Below are positions 45,736 through 54,308 of a stretch of DNA of 62,095 nt, in pieces. The notes under the pieces are model-generated. The model was not told where the DNA came from, did no database searches, and saw only the letters and a program-made list of their open reading frames with translations. Each line of letters opens with the position of its first letter. Position 1 is the stretch's first letter. The translations under genes and the position numbers were made by a program. This DNA is from Patescibacteria group bacterium (GTDB taxonomy: Bacteria; Patescibacteriota; Minisyncoccia; Phycocordibacterales; JAKFXT01): assembly GCA_021731245.1 (NCBI GenBank), contig JAKFXT010000005.1, forward strand, positions 1 to 62,095, written 5' to 3'.

Positions 45736-46506
45736 ATGGAACCAGAAAACCAATTCACAAAAAACAAAACACTCATTTTAATTGTCGCTATAATTTTAGT
45801 AGGAGGGGCAACCTTTTTTATTATAAAAGATAAAAGAGAAGACACCTCTTCAAACACTGAAAACGAATCTGGTCTTTCTGATGATTTGATTTATACAATT
45901 GAACCGGTTTCTACAAGTACGAATTCCAATATACAGAAGCCCAGTCTTGATAGGAGAAATAACTTTGAAACGGCGGACGCAAACTCAAAGAAAAAAATAG
46001 AAGAAATATCAAGTGCGTTAAAAACTAATGGTGGCAACCTGTCTTTGTGGGTTGATCTTGGTTCTTGGAGAAAAACAATTGGAGACTATGAAGGGGCGAA
46101 AGTCGCGTGGGAATATGTAGTAAAAGTAAATCCAAATTATATAGTTCCGCTAATAAATCTTGGAGATTTATATCAATATTATCTTAAGGATAATGTAAAA
46201 GCAGAAATGTATTTGAAAAGAGCTATCGCTAAAGACCCATCAAACATAGATAGCTATTACAGATTGGCTTCTCTTTACACCCTTTCTTATAAGGAAAAAG
46301 CGACTGAAGCCTCAAAAGTGCTTTTGCAGGGTTTAAACGCAAACCCTAAGAATGTGGATATGATGATTATGCTCGCTGAGTACTATCGTGATATTGGGGA
46401 TAAAAACAATGCGATAATCTACTATGATAAGGCCATATCCGAGCTTAATAGACTAGGGGATAATGCGAGAATGATTCAGGTGAAAAGTGCCCGCGATGCT
46501 ATATAA
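45736..46506 (+). CDS. membrane-anchored TPR-repeat protein
   Basis: An N-terminal TM helix is followed by TPR-like repeats (YEGAKVAWEYVVKVNPNY, AEMYLKRAIAKDPSN, AIIYYDKAI). Confidence 0.7.
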   Translation: MEPENQFTKNKTLILIVAIILVGGATFFIIKDKREDTSSNTENESGLSDDLIYTIEPVSTSTNSNIQKPSLDRRNNFETADANSKKKIEEISSALKTNGGNLSLWVDLGSWRKTIGDYEGAKVAWEYVVKVNPNYIVPLINLGDLYQYYLKDNVKAEMYLKRAIAKDPSNIDSYYRLASLYTLSYKEKATEASKVLLQGLNANPKNVDMMIMLAEYYRDIGDKNNAIIYYDKAISELNRLGDNARMIQVKSARDAI

Positions 46507-46513
46507 TTAGGGA

Positions 46514-46639
46514 ATGTTTAATCTGTTCACAAAGACATTTTTTAAACAGACAGTATTTTTTCTTGGAGCTATAATTTTGAGTATAGGATTATTTTTAGTT
46601 TTGACTAGAGTTTTAGAAGTTATAAATGTAACAAGCTAA
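46514..46639 (+). CDS. possible 41-aa single-TM peptide (not in ORF track)
   Basis: Hand translation: MFNLFTKTFFKQTVFFLGAIILSIGLFLVLTRVLEVINVTS. The stop lies 1 nt before the next ATG. There is no other support. Confidence 0.25.
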   Translation: MFNLFTKTFFKQTVFFLGAIILSIGLFLVLTRVLEVINVTS

Positions 46640-46640
46640 T

Positions 46641-47129
46641 ATGAATATTACTAAAGATCAGTATAAGTGGAACTTCATTTACTCATTATTTTTTGTTGGT
46701 CTTATTGTTTTTGCGACTTACTTAATAATTAAGAAATTTAATGGACTGCCTACAACTATTGTTCCTTTTGATTTTTTCCTTATAACATTAGCCACTTTTC
46801 GTGTAGTAAGACTTTTTGTTTATGACAAAATAACTCTCTTTATTAGAGAGCCACTTTCCACATTTCAAAGTGGTCCATTTAAAACCATCTATGAACTTCT
46901 CACTTGTCCTTGGTGCTTTGGTGTTTGGGGGGCCTTTTCTCTAGTTTTCTTTTATTACTATTTCTATCAATTTTTCTGGTGGATCATTCTTGCTTTAGCC
47001 ATTTCTGGTTTCGCGACTTTTATTCAACTAACAGTAAATATGATTGGCTGGCGTGCGGAAGGACTGAAACTTGAGGCACAAGTGAAGGGAAGTCCAGAAA
47101 AAACCTCAGGTTCTTGCGGGGTGAATTAG
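46641..47129 (+). CDS. DUF1360-like membrane protein
   Basis: FRVVRLFVYDKIT....CPWCFGVWGA resembles the DUF1360 signature. Confidence 0.5.
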   Translation: MNITKDQYKWNFIYSLFFVGLIVFATYLIIKKFNGLPTTIVPFDFFLITLATFRVVRLFVYDKITLFIREPLSTFQSGPFKTIYELLTCPWCFGVWGAFSLVFFYYYFYQFFWWIILALAISGFATFIQLTVNMIGWRAEGLKLEAQVKGSPEKTSGSCGVN

Positions 47130-47192
47130 CGCTTTCTTTATTTTTGTTTAATATAGTTACAGACTCGATTTTTTTCAAAGGGATACTGTAAA

Positions 47193-47426
47193 ATGAGCAA
47201 AATACTTCTTGACCCCAGTAAAATTGGGGAAGTTACAAATGTTGGAGGTAGCAGCTATGCTGGCGATAGGTCCCCAAAGGACAAGAGGATAGAGAAGAAA
47301 GGCTCTAATGTAAGAACCCTTTCTCCAGAGGAGATTTCTCAAAGGAGGAAAGGAGGAAAAAAGGGGTTTCGCAAACAACCTTTGGGCCTTCTTGGAAAAC
47401 CGAAAAAGCCCAAGTCATGGCAATGA
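47193..47426 (+). CDS. hypothetical 77-aa highly basic protein (GC-rich cassette)
   Basis: The ORF is followed by the terminator CCCCCCCCGAAAG...CTTTCGGGGGG (47434..47465). Its composition is visibly richer in G+C than the neighbouring genes. Confidence 0.4.
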   Translation: MSKILLDPSKIGEVTNVGGSSYAGDRSPKDKRIEKKGSNVRTLSPEEISQRRKGGKKGFRKQPLGLLGKPKKPKSWQ

Positions 47427-47489
47427 ATTTATTCCCCCCCCGAAAGCCACAGTCTTTCGGGGGGAAACTTTTTAATAATTTGACTTTTT

Positions 47490-47653
47490 ACTTAAATAAT
47501 TTAGTATGGCTTTTCATAAGGCCACTGAGACAATAGGTCATTCGCAAGAATGTAAAAAGTACCTATCGAGAGGTCAAACTCCATTTCTAAGGAGGCCTTA
47601 ATAAAAAGGTCGCTAATTTTTTGTTTTTTAAATTAAACAAAAAAATAAACAAT
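47490..47653 (+). promoter_or_regulatory. candidate promoter plus structured leader of rplJ-rplL (possible L10-type autoregulatory leader)
   Basis: TTGACT, 16 nt, then TAGTAT. Nested stems follow: ATAGGT...ACCTAT enclosing CATTCgcaaGAATG. The function is inferred from position only. Confidence 0.3.
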
Positions 47654-48142
47654 ATGCCTATAAGTAAACAAAAGAAAAAGGAAATCATAGACAAAGCGGA
47701 TAAGATTCTAAAAGAGTCACAGTCGCTAGTTTTTGTTGGCTTCAAAGGACTAAAAGTAAATGATGCGACAGTGATGCGTAAAGAACTTAAGAAAAATAAA
47801 GTTGGTTTTGGTATTATCAAAAAAACTTTATTGCAACGTGCATTGGCTACAACCAAAACAACAGGTGAACAACCTGCTCTTTTAGGAGAAGTCGCTGTTG
47901 CATACGGAGAAGATTTGATTGCACCGGCTCGTGAAGTTTATGCTTTTCAGAAAAAATTCAAAGACAGTTTATCAATTGTCGGTGGAATTTTTGAAGGAAG
48001 ATATATGAGCAAAGAAGAAATGTTATCTATTGCAACAATTCCTTCTCTACAAGTGCTTCATGGTCAATTCGTTAATCTAATAAATTCTCCAATACAAGGA
48101 TTGGTTATAGCTCTTAACGCGATTGCAGATAAGGGAAAGTAA
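47654..48142 (+). CDS. rplJ: ribosomal protein L10
   Basis: Begins MPISKQKKKEIIDKADKILKESQSLVFVGFKGLKVNDATVMRKELKK. The ATG at 47654 is preferred to the listed 47621. Confidence 0.85.
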   Translation: MPISKQKKKEIIDKADKILKESQSLVFVGFKGLKVNDATVMRKELKKNKVGFGIIKKTLLQRALATTKTTGEQPALLGEVAVAYGEDLIAPAREVYAFQKKFKDSLSIVGGIFEGRYMSKEEMLSIATIPSLQVLHGQFVNLINSPIQGLVIALNAIADKGK

Positions 48143-48203
48143 TTGGACGCTTACGCATGAGTTATTACTCAGGCATAAATTAACAAAATAACAAATTAAA
48201 AAT

Positions 48204-48596
48204 ATGTCAGAAGAAAATAAAGTCGTCGAGACACCTTCAAAGTTTAAAGATCTTGTTGGCTCAATCGAAAAAATGAGCGTACTTGATTTACACGAACTCG
48301 TTAAGCATTTGGAAGAGAAGTTTGGAGTTTCAGCCGCCGCTGTTGCCGCTGCTCCTGGGGCTGCTGCGCCTGCTGCAGAAGAGAAGAGTACATATGATGT
48401 GGAACTTAAAGATGCTGGAGCAAACAAAATTGCAATTATCAAAGTTGTAAAAGAAGCTCTTGCTCTTGGACTAGGTGAAGCCAAAGCTCTAGTTGATGGA
48501 GTTCCGTCAATGTTAAAGTCTGGTATGAAGAAAGAAGACGCCGAAGCTCTTAAAAAGAAAATCGAAGAAGCAGGAGGGAAGGTTGATCTTAAATAG
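48204..48596 (+). CDS. rplL: ribosomal protein L7/L12
   Basis: Has an Ala-rich hinge and the C-terminal [27 protein letters not shown]...[17 protein letters not shown]. Confidence 0.9.
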   Translation: MSEENKVVETPSKFKDLVGSIEKMSVLDLHELVKHLEEKFGVSAAAVAAAPGAAAPAAEEKSTYDVELKDAGANKIAIIKVVKEALALGLGEAKALVDGVPSMLKSGMKKEDAEALKKKIEEAGGKVDLK

Positions 48597-48608
48597 ATCA
48601 ACCTTCGA

Positions 48609-48668
48609 CCGGAAGCCCGTAGGGGCTGAGGTGGGGTCGCGCAAAATTCCAGCAGGAATTTATGCGTG
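48609..48668 (+). repeat. GC-rich multi-hairpin element, copy L
   Basis: Reads CCGGAA, hairpin GCCC-GTAG-GGGC, TGAGGTGGGG, then CGCGCAAAATTCC-AGCA-GGAATTTATGCGTG. Confidence 0.65.
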
Positions 48669-48710
48669 ACAAGTAGATTTGAAATAATCCTTTAAAAAGA
48701 TTAAACAAAA

Positions 48711-48745
48711 AAGACCCTAAGGTATACCCCTTAGGGTCTTTTTTG
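48711..48745 (+). terminator. rho-independent terminator after rplL
   Basis: AAGACCCTAAGGtatacccCTTAGGGTCTTTTTT. Confidence 0.8.
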
Positions 48746-48814
48746 TTGGCGTAATAAATTATTTTTTGATAGAGTAATTTTTAGCGGGTCTTAACTCAGG
48801 GAGGATATAGAAAT

Positions 48815-49075
48815 ATGAAGGCTACTGCGCTTAGGTCGGTTCCGCTACCCCAAGATAAAGAGAAGGGTAAAAAGAAAGAAGAAGAACCGAATCTCACTAT
48901 CCACTGTCTTAGTTGTGACAAAGGAGGTCGACCATTTTTTGCCTGGGAAAACACCAATCCCCGGTATGCCATTTGCTCCAAGAAATGTCAGAGCGAGTGG
49001 GATGCAAAAGGACTTGCAGAGCGCCAAGCAATAATTGATCGCCTTCGGGCGTGGAGAAACGGAGGGGCCGCTTAG
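48815..49075 (+). CDS. 86-aa protein with a C-x2-C-x19-C-x3-C zinc-ribbon (TRASH/FCS-like spacing), GC-rich cassette
   Basis: Contains HCLSCDKGGRPFFAWENTNPRYAICSKKC. GGGAGGA lies upstream of the ATG and a terminator hairpin follows the stop at once. Confidence 0.5.
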   Translation: MKATALRSVPLPQDKEKGKKKEEEPNLTIHCLSCDKGGRPFFAWENTNPRYAICSKKCQSEWDAKGLAERQAIIDRLRAWRNGGAA

Positions 49076-49163
49076 AGCGGCTCTTTTTTATTTATAAAAA
49101 TATATTTGCGTGGTCTAATTGGACATTTTGTTTCTCTAAGGAAGCTTACTTTGATACTATGAT

Positions 49164-49787
49164 TTGAATATGGAAATTTTAGAAAAACTCTTTGGTGGAG
49201 CAGGGAAAGTGAAGCTTATGCGACTATTTATTTTTAACGAAGAAACATCTTTTACCACAGAAGAAATAGTGAAGAGGACAGGTGTAAATATTAGTTATCT
49301 ACGCAAAGAAATACCATCACTTTTAAAATCTAATTTTATAAAAAAGAAAATATTATTAAGGACTATAAAAATAAAAAAAGGTAAGAAAACAATTTCCGTC
49401 AAAAGGAAATTTAATGGTTTTACTTTTAACACAAGTTTTCTTTTTACTTCTCAATTCAAAACAATGCTTATGAGAAGCACCTCTTTTTATGGCAGTGCTT
49501 TAGTCAGAAAAATTGGTAGGGCAGGGAAGATGAAACTTGTAGTAATCTCGGGAATTTTTATTCAAGAACCTGAAAGCAGATTAGATTTGATGGTGGTGGG
49601 GGATAGATTTAATAAAGGCGTTTTAGAAAGGGCGGTAAAAAGTATAGAAGCAGAAATAGGAAGAGAGCTTCGTTACGCTGCCTTTGAAACACAAGACTTT
49701 AGTTATCGTCTAAGTGTTTATGATCGTCTTGTTCGTGATGTTTTGGATTATCCTCACGAAAAATTGCTAGATAAAATAGGGGTTTAA
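49164..49787 (+). CDS. hypothetical protein with an N-terminal winged-helix-like segment
   Basis: FTTEEIVKRTGVNISYLRKEIPSLLKSNFIKKK is HTH-like. The rest is unassigned. Confidence 0.4.
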   Translation: MNMEILEKLFGGAGKVKLMRLFIFNEETSFTTEEIVKRTGVNISYLRKEIPSLLKSNFIKKKILLRTIKIKKGKKTISVKRKFNGFTFNTSFLFTSQFKTMLMRSTSFYGSALVRKIGRAGKMKLVVISGIFIQEPESRLDLMVVGDRFNKGVLERAVKSIEAEIGRELRYAAFETQDFSYRLSVYDRLVRDVLDYPHEKLLDKIGV

Positions 49788-49921
49788 AGCCCTTTTTGTA
49801 TAGAAGCGGATATCCACATAAGCTTTAGCATATAGGATAGGGCGGTGATATCATTTGTATAGTATTAATAAAAAAATAGGTCGGCGGGGAACCGCTATAT
49901 TATAAGTTTTTAATAGTTTAT

Positions 49922-50662
49922 TTGTTGCCTAAATGGCAACTAAAAAAGTACATGATGTACAATAATCCGTTGCAGACATGGGGTGACACACTAGTTATGA
50001 AGTTCCAACAAGTTGGAGCAGGAGTAATTGGTTTCATTCCTAATCTCATAGTCGCGGTAGTGATATTTCTCGCAGGTTGGGTAGTCGGCTCTCTCCTTGG
50101 AAATGTTGTTGCCCGTGTTATCAAGACTATGAAAATAGACCACGCTCTTGAAGGAGCTGGTATTGGTGCTCTTGTCCACAAAGCAGGTTTTAAATTAGAT
50201 GTAGGAAAATTCTTAGGAATGCTTGTGGAGTGGTTTGTAGTAGTCGTTTTCTTAATAGCAGCACTTGATGTGTTGGGACTTAACTACGTGAATCAATTCT
50301 TGGTTCAAGTAGTTGCAGGATATCTTCCACAAGTGATTGTTGCTGTATTAGTGTTACTCGTTGGAGGTGTTGTAGCTGAAGCTGCTCAAAAAGTTGTTTC
50401 AGGTGGAGCAAAAGCCGCGAGCGTTACATCAGCAAATTTCCTTGGAAATCTATCTCGTTGGGCAATTTGGATTTTCGCATTTATCGTAGCTTTATCTCAA
50501 CTCGGAATTGGAGCAATTTATCTTCAAACTTTATTCACAGGAGTAGTTGTGGCGCTTTCAATCGCACTTGGACTTTCCTTTGGTTTTGGTGGACAAGAAG
50601 CTGCTTCTCAAGTGATTAATAAAGTTCGTCACGAAATCTCAAATCACAGCAATCAAGGTTAA
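49922..50662 (+). CDS. multi-pass membrane protein (repeated TM-helix units), function unknown
   Basis: Several similar hydrophobic helices. A terminator lies at 50682..50714. Confidence 0.45.
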   Translation: MLPKWQLKKYMMYNNPLQTWGDTLVMKFQQVGAGVIGFIPNLIVAVVIFLAGWVVGSLLGNVVARVIKTMKIDHALEGAGIGALVHKAGFKLDVGKFLGMLVEWFVVVVFLIAALDVLGLNYVNQFLVQVVAGYLPQVIVAVLVLLVGGVVAEAAQKVVSGGAKAASVTSANFLGNLSRWAIWIFAFIVALSQLGIGAIYLQTLFTGVVVALSIALGLSFGFGGQEAASQVINKVRHEISNHSNQG

Positions 50663-50715
50663 TTGAGCTTCTAGCTTAAACAAAAAATTCTCCACCTCGG
50701 AGGATTTTTTGTTTT

Positions 50716-50749
50716 GCAAATGAAAAAGCGCCGGTTTGGAGGCGGCGCT
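50716..50749 (-). terminator. rho-independent terminator (minus strand) of 50766..51185
   Basis: On the plus strand AAGCGCCG...CGGCGCTT. On the minus strand it is followed by TTTTTCATTT. Confidence 0.65.
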
Positions 50750-50765
50750 TTGTGTTGTGTGTGTA

Positions 50766-51185
50766 CTACTTCTTGGGAGCAGAGTCGTTCTTGGGTGCGG
50801 CCTCGAAGATCGGTTGCCAAAGTTTGCCAAGGTCAGGCCACATATCCATGGCAATCAGCACTAACTTATCGAGCCCCTCGTGGACGATTTTCACACTCCC
50901 CAAACCTATTTTTCCAGCACCTTGGCTGGTTGAATAAGCGAAAGGAGTATAAGTATCAATTCCCGAGTGATCGAATGCAATTGCATAGGGGTTCTCTGCC
51001 TCGGGCAGGTGGCTCAGCGTCCATGACGCTCGTCGCGCCACATTAAAATCAAAGTGGCGAGAGTATCCTCCAGAACTGCCTCTGATTTTCATGTACCCCA
51101 GGATCGATCCGCAGACTTGGTCAATTTCGCGACGCATCCGGTCGATCTCAGCTTGCCCTGCAATCAGTTGTGTAACTGTATTCAC
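50766..51185 (-). CDS. hypothetical 139-aa protein (GC-rich cassette)
   Basis: A promoter, TTGCTT-17-TATAAT, lies on the minus strand at about 51259..51287. It overlaps the listed upstream ATGs, so I prefer the GTG at 51185, preceded by AGGAGA (51197..51192). Confidence 0.45.
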   Translation of the reverse strand: MNTVTQLIAGQAEIDRMRREIDQVCGSILGYMKIRGSSGGYSRHFDFNVARRASWTLSHLPEAENPYAIAFDHSGIDTYTPFAYSTSQGAGKIGLGSVKIVHEGLDKLVLIAMDMWPDLGKLWQPIFEAAPKNDSAPKK

Positions 51186-51335
51186 GGTCTTTCTCCTATC
51201 ACTAGGAACCCTCACGGGTGGTTGTAAAAGGGTATTTCTACCCGCTCTGTTACTAAAATTCATTATACCATAGTGATATAGAAAAAGCAAGTATTACATA
51301 TATCCTTAAAAACAGGGGTGTTTTGCTTTATTTGA

Positions 51336-51420
51336 CCCCGTAGTGAATTTTGGCATTACATACTGTTTAGCCCATATTTTGCAACGCAAAATATGGGCGA
51401 TGCCAAAATCTACTACAGGG
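51336..51420. repeat. 85-nt nested imperfect palindrome
   Basis: The outer arms are CCCCGTAGTGAATTTTGGCAT (51336..51356) and ATGCCAAAATCTACTACAGGG (51400..51420). The inner perfect hairpin is GCCCATATTTTGC-AAC-GCAAAATATGGGC (51370..51398). Confidence 0.7.
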
Positions 51421-51421
51421 T

Positions 51422-51449
51422 TTGACACATCATAGCCCCTTCATATATA
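51422..51449 (+). promoter_or_regulatory. near-consensus promoter upstream of the rRNA unit
   Basis: TTGACA (51422..51427), a 16-nt spacer, then TATATA (51444..51449). Confidence 0.5.
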
Positions 51450-52519
51450 CTCTTCCAACTGATGTTTACGAAAGACAGAAACCGTAGTTAAAAGGCGATT
51501 GTCCCGGTTTTCCGTGATACCGCCCTAAGGCGGTTTTTTGTTTGTAAAATTTACTGAAAGATTGATATTTGATAAACGAATGCCAGCACACTTTTAAGAC
51601 TTAGGGGTCTTTATTGGATGTGGAGTCTGGAAAAAAGTCCGTTACGCAGGTTTAAAATCGTAGCGGCATTGCTCCGAACTTATTTACAATAAGTTTTGGG
51701 TAACAAGTATCATTGAGTAATATCTCATTCACCCCTCACATGAATTAGTGTTGTTGCCTACAAGATTTTAAAGTTTTGTAATCATCAAACATTTCTTCAG
51801 CAAATTAATATTTTGTAGAGAATTTTTTATAAGCAAACTAGCTTGTAACACTAATTCATGTGAGGGACTCGTTTCTTATGTATCGCCTAGATACATAAAA
51901 AGCAAAAAGTCCTGCATGTAAAAATGCAGGTGACTTCGCAGACGCTTCATTCAATAGGACGTTTGTGGGGTAACGGTTTTTAGATTTCCGCATAGGAAAT
52001 TATAAGAGCGTATGGTGGATGCCTTGGTTTCTAAGAGCGATGAAGGACGTAGCATAACTGCGATAAGCTTCGGGGAGGTGTCGAGCAACCTTTGATCCGG
52101 AGATTTCCGAATGGGGAAACCCCTTTGCATAAAATGCGAAGACTTTCCAACTTGATTGGATTGAGCAGACCCTGTGAAGTGAAACATCTCAGTAACAGGA
52201 GGAAAAGAGAACAATTGTTATTTCGTAAGTAGCGGCGAGCGAACACGAAAAAGCCCAAACCTAACCTTTAATTGAGTCTCCCGTTAAAAGGGGATTCAAT
52301 TAAAGGTTGGGGGTTGTAAGGTGACAACGTGACATTTATGTCAGAAAAGTTAAAAAATTGCATAATAAAAGAATTTGCTGGAAAGCAAAACCCCAGAGGG
52401 TAATAGTCCCGTATTTGAAATTATTGTGATCTTTTTTGTTGTCATTCTTGAGTAACTCAGGACACGAATAGCCTGAGTGAACCCGCCGGAACTAACCGGC
52501 AAGGCTAAATATCTTAGAA

Positions 52520-52565
<46 letters not shown>

Positions 52566-52628
52566 GGTAAAGGGAGTGAAATAGATCTGAAACCATATGT
52601 TTACAAGGAGTCAGCGCCGAGCACCACT

Positions 52629-52910
52629 GTGGGTGTTATATAATTTTAGGCAATAGTATGTTTTATACTTATGTACTTAAAAGTGAAAAAAATTCTTCGC
52701 TCTATATTGGCTTTAGTGCCGATTTAAAAAAGCGGTTAAAAAATCATAACGATGGAAGTGTTGATTCAACAAAACATCAGCGTCCGTGGAAATTGATTTA
52801 TTACGAATCTTTTTTAAATCGAGAACAAGCGCAAAATAGAGAAACAAAACTTAAGCAACGCGGAAGAGCGTGGCAAGAATTGAAGCGAAGAATTTTAATA
52901 TAATATCTAG
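52629..52910 (+). mobile_element. ORF-bearing insertion at the tip of 23S helix 25 (intervening-sequence position)
   Basis: It is bracketed by a perfect 13-bp stem: GCCGAGCACCACT (52616..52628) and AGTGGTGCTCGGC (52911..52923). The flanking sequence aligns with the E. coli region around nt 540-560. Confidence 0.7.
52658..52903 (+). CDS. GIY-YIG (UPF0213/YhbQ-like) nuclease-domain protein encoded inside the 23S insertion
   Basis: MFYTYVLKSEKNSSLYIGFSADLKKRLKNHNDG....RPWKLIYYESF...A..RETKLK is the GIY-YIG signature. Confidence 0.7.
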   Translation: MFYTYVLKSEKNSSLYIGFSADLKKRLKNHNDGSVDSTKHQRPWKLIYYESFLNREQAQNRETKLKQRGRAWQELKRRILI

Positions 52911-54273
52911 AGTGGTGCTCGGCCATGGCGTGCCTATTGAAGAATGAGCCAACGAGTTAATGCAAACTGTTTGACTAAGGGCGCGAGCCTGGAGTCACAG
53001 GGAAACCGAGTGTTAATAGCGCGTCTATAGTATGCATTAGACCCGAAGCCAGGTGAGCTACCCATGAGCAGGGTGAAGTTTGTCGAAAGACAGATGGAGG
53101 CCCGAACCGGTTGGAAGTTCAACCCCATCGGATGACTTGTGGGTAGGAGTGAAAAGCTAATCGAACCTGGTAATAGCTGGTTCTCTCCGAAATATCTTTT
53201 GGGATAGCGTCGTATGGTCCTCTTAGGGGTAGAGCACTGGAAGGATTAAACAGGGAGAAATCTCGTTAATCCTATCAAACTCCGAATACTAAGAGTTATA
53301 GTACGGCAGTAAGACCGTGGGGGCTAAGCTTCACTGGTCTAGAGGGAAAGAGCCCAGATCTCAAGTTAAGGTCCCTAAATTTACGTTAAGTGCGCTTAAG
53401 GAGGTGATTTTTCATTGACAATGAGGATGTTGGCTTAGAAGCAGCCATCATTGAAAGAAAGCGTAACAGCTCACTCATCGAGAGAAGTCGCGCCGCAGAT
53501 AATCGGGGCTAAACGTAGTACCGAAACTGAGGACTTGTTTTGTTTTCGAATGAAACAAGTGGTAGGAGAGCATTCCATTCTGCTATGAAGGAAAAGGGTA
53601 ACCGATTCTGGAGCGTATGGAAGAGAGAATGTTGGCACAAGTAACCACAATGCGGGTGAGAAACCCGCACGCCGTAAGACTAAGGTTTCCTTCGCGATGG
53701 TTATCATCGAAGGGTTAGCCGGGCCTAAGGGGATGGTGAAAACCGAACCCGATGGACATACGATTAATATTTCGTAGCTTTCGCGTGTTTTCGATTGGAG
53801 TGACGGAGGATAAAAGAAAAAGCATCTTATTGGATTGATGTAGAAACCCTTAGCATAGTTTTTGAGGCAAATCCCAAAGACTAGTTTAAATACTAATATG
53901 CGAAAGAATCTAAATGTTTTGGGGCAACCCAAGATTGATTTTTTTGAAGAGCCTTCCCAGAAAAACTTCTAGAGCTAAACATGTGAAATCCGTACCGAAA
54001 ACCGACACAGGTGGTCGAGTCGAGTAGACTAAGGCGAACGAGTGAGATTCCCCCAAGGAACTAGGCAAAAAAGCAGCCGTAAGTTAGCAATAAGGCTTAC
54101 CTCTCGCAAGAGAGGTTTCAACAAAAGTATCTCTGGCGACTGTTTACCAAAAACACAGCTCCCTGCGAACTCGTAAGAGGATGTATAGGGGGTGACGCCT
54201 GACCAATGCCAGAAGGTCAAGTAACGACGTTGTGTGAGTCTTCGGATTTACATGGTGATTGTTATAAGCCCTG

Positions 54274-54308
<35 letters not shown>

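Noticed and set aside
48077-48601. 174-aa minus-strand ORF antisense to rplL and the rplJ 3' end.
   Set aside because: It is fully antisense to two unambiguous ribosomal protein genes, and its Ala/Ser-rich product mirrors the L12 hinge. Other antisense shadow ORFs were dismissed for the same reason, for example 10742..11131, 14084..14344, 26191..26565 and 44938..45252.
51300-51990. Searched for a 16S rRNA gene or a tRNA spacer upstream of the 23S.
   Set aside because: No conserved 16S blocks, such as the anti-Shine-Dalgarno end or a 1492R-like sequence, are present. No cloverleaf is present either. The region holds only promoter, palindrome and leader hairpins.
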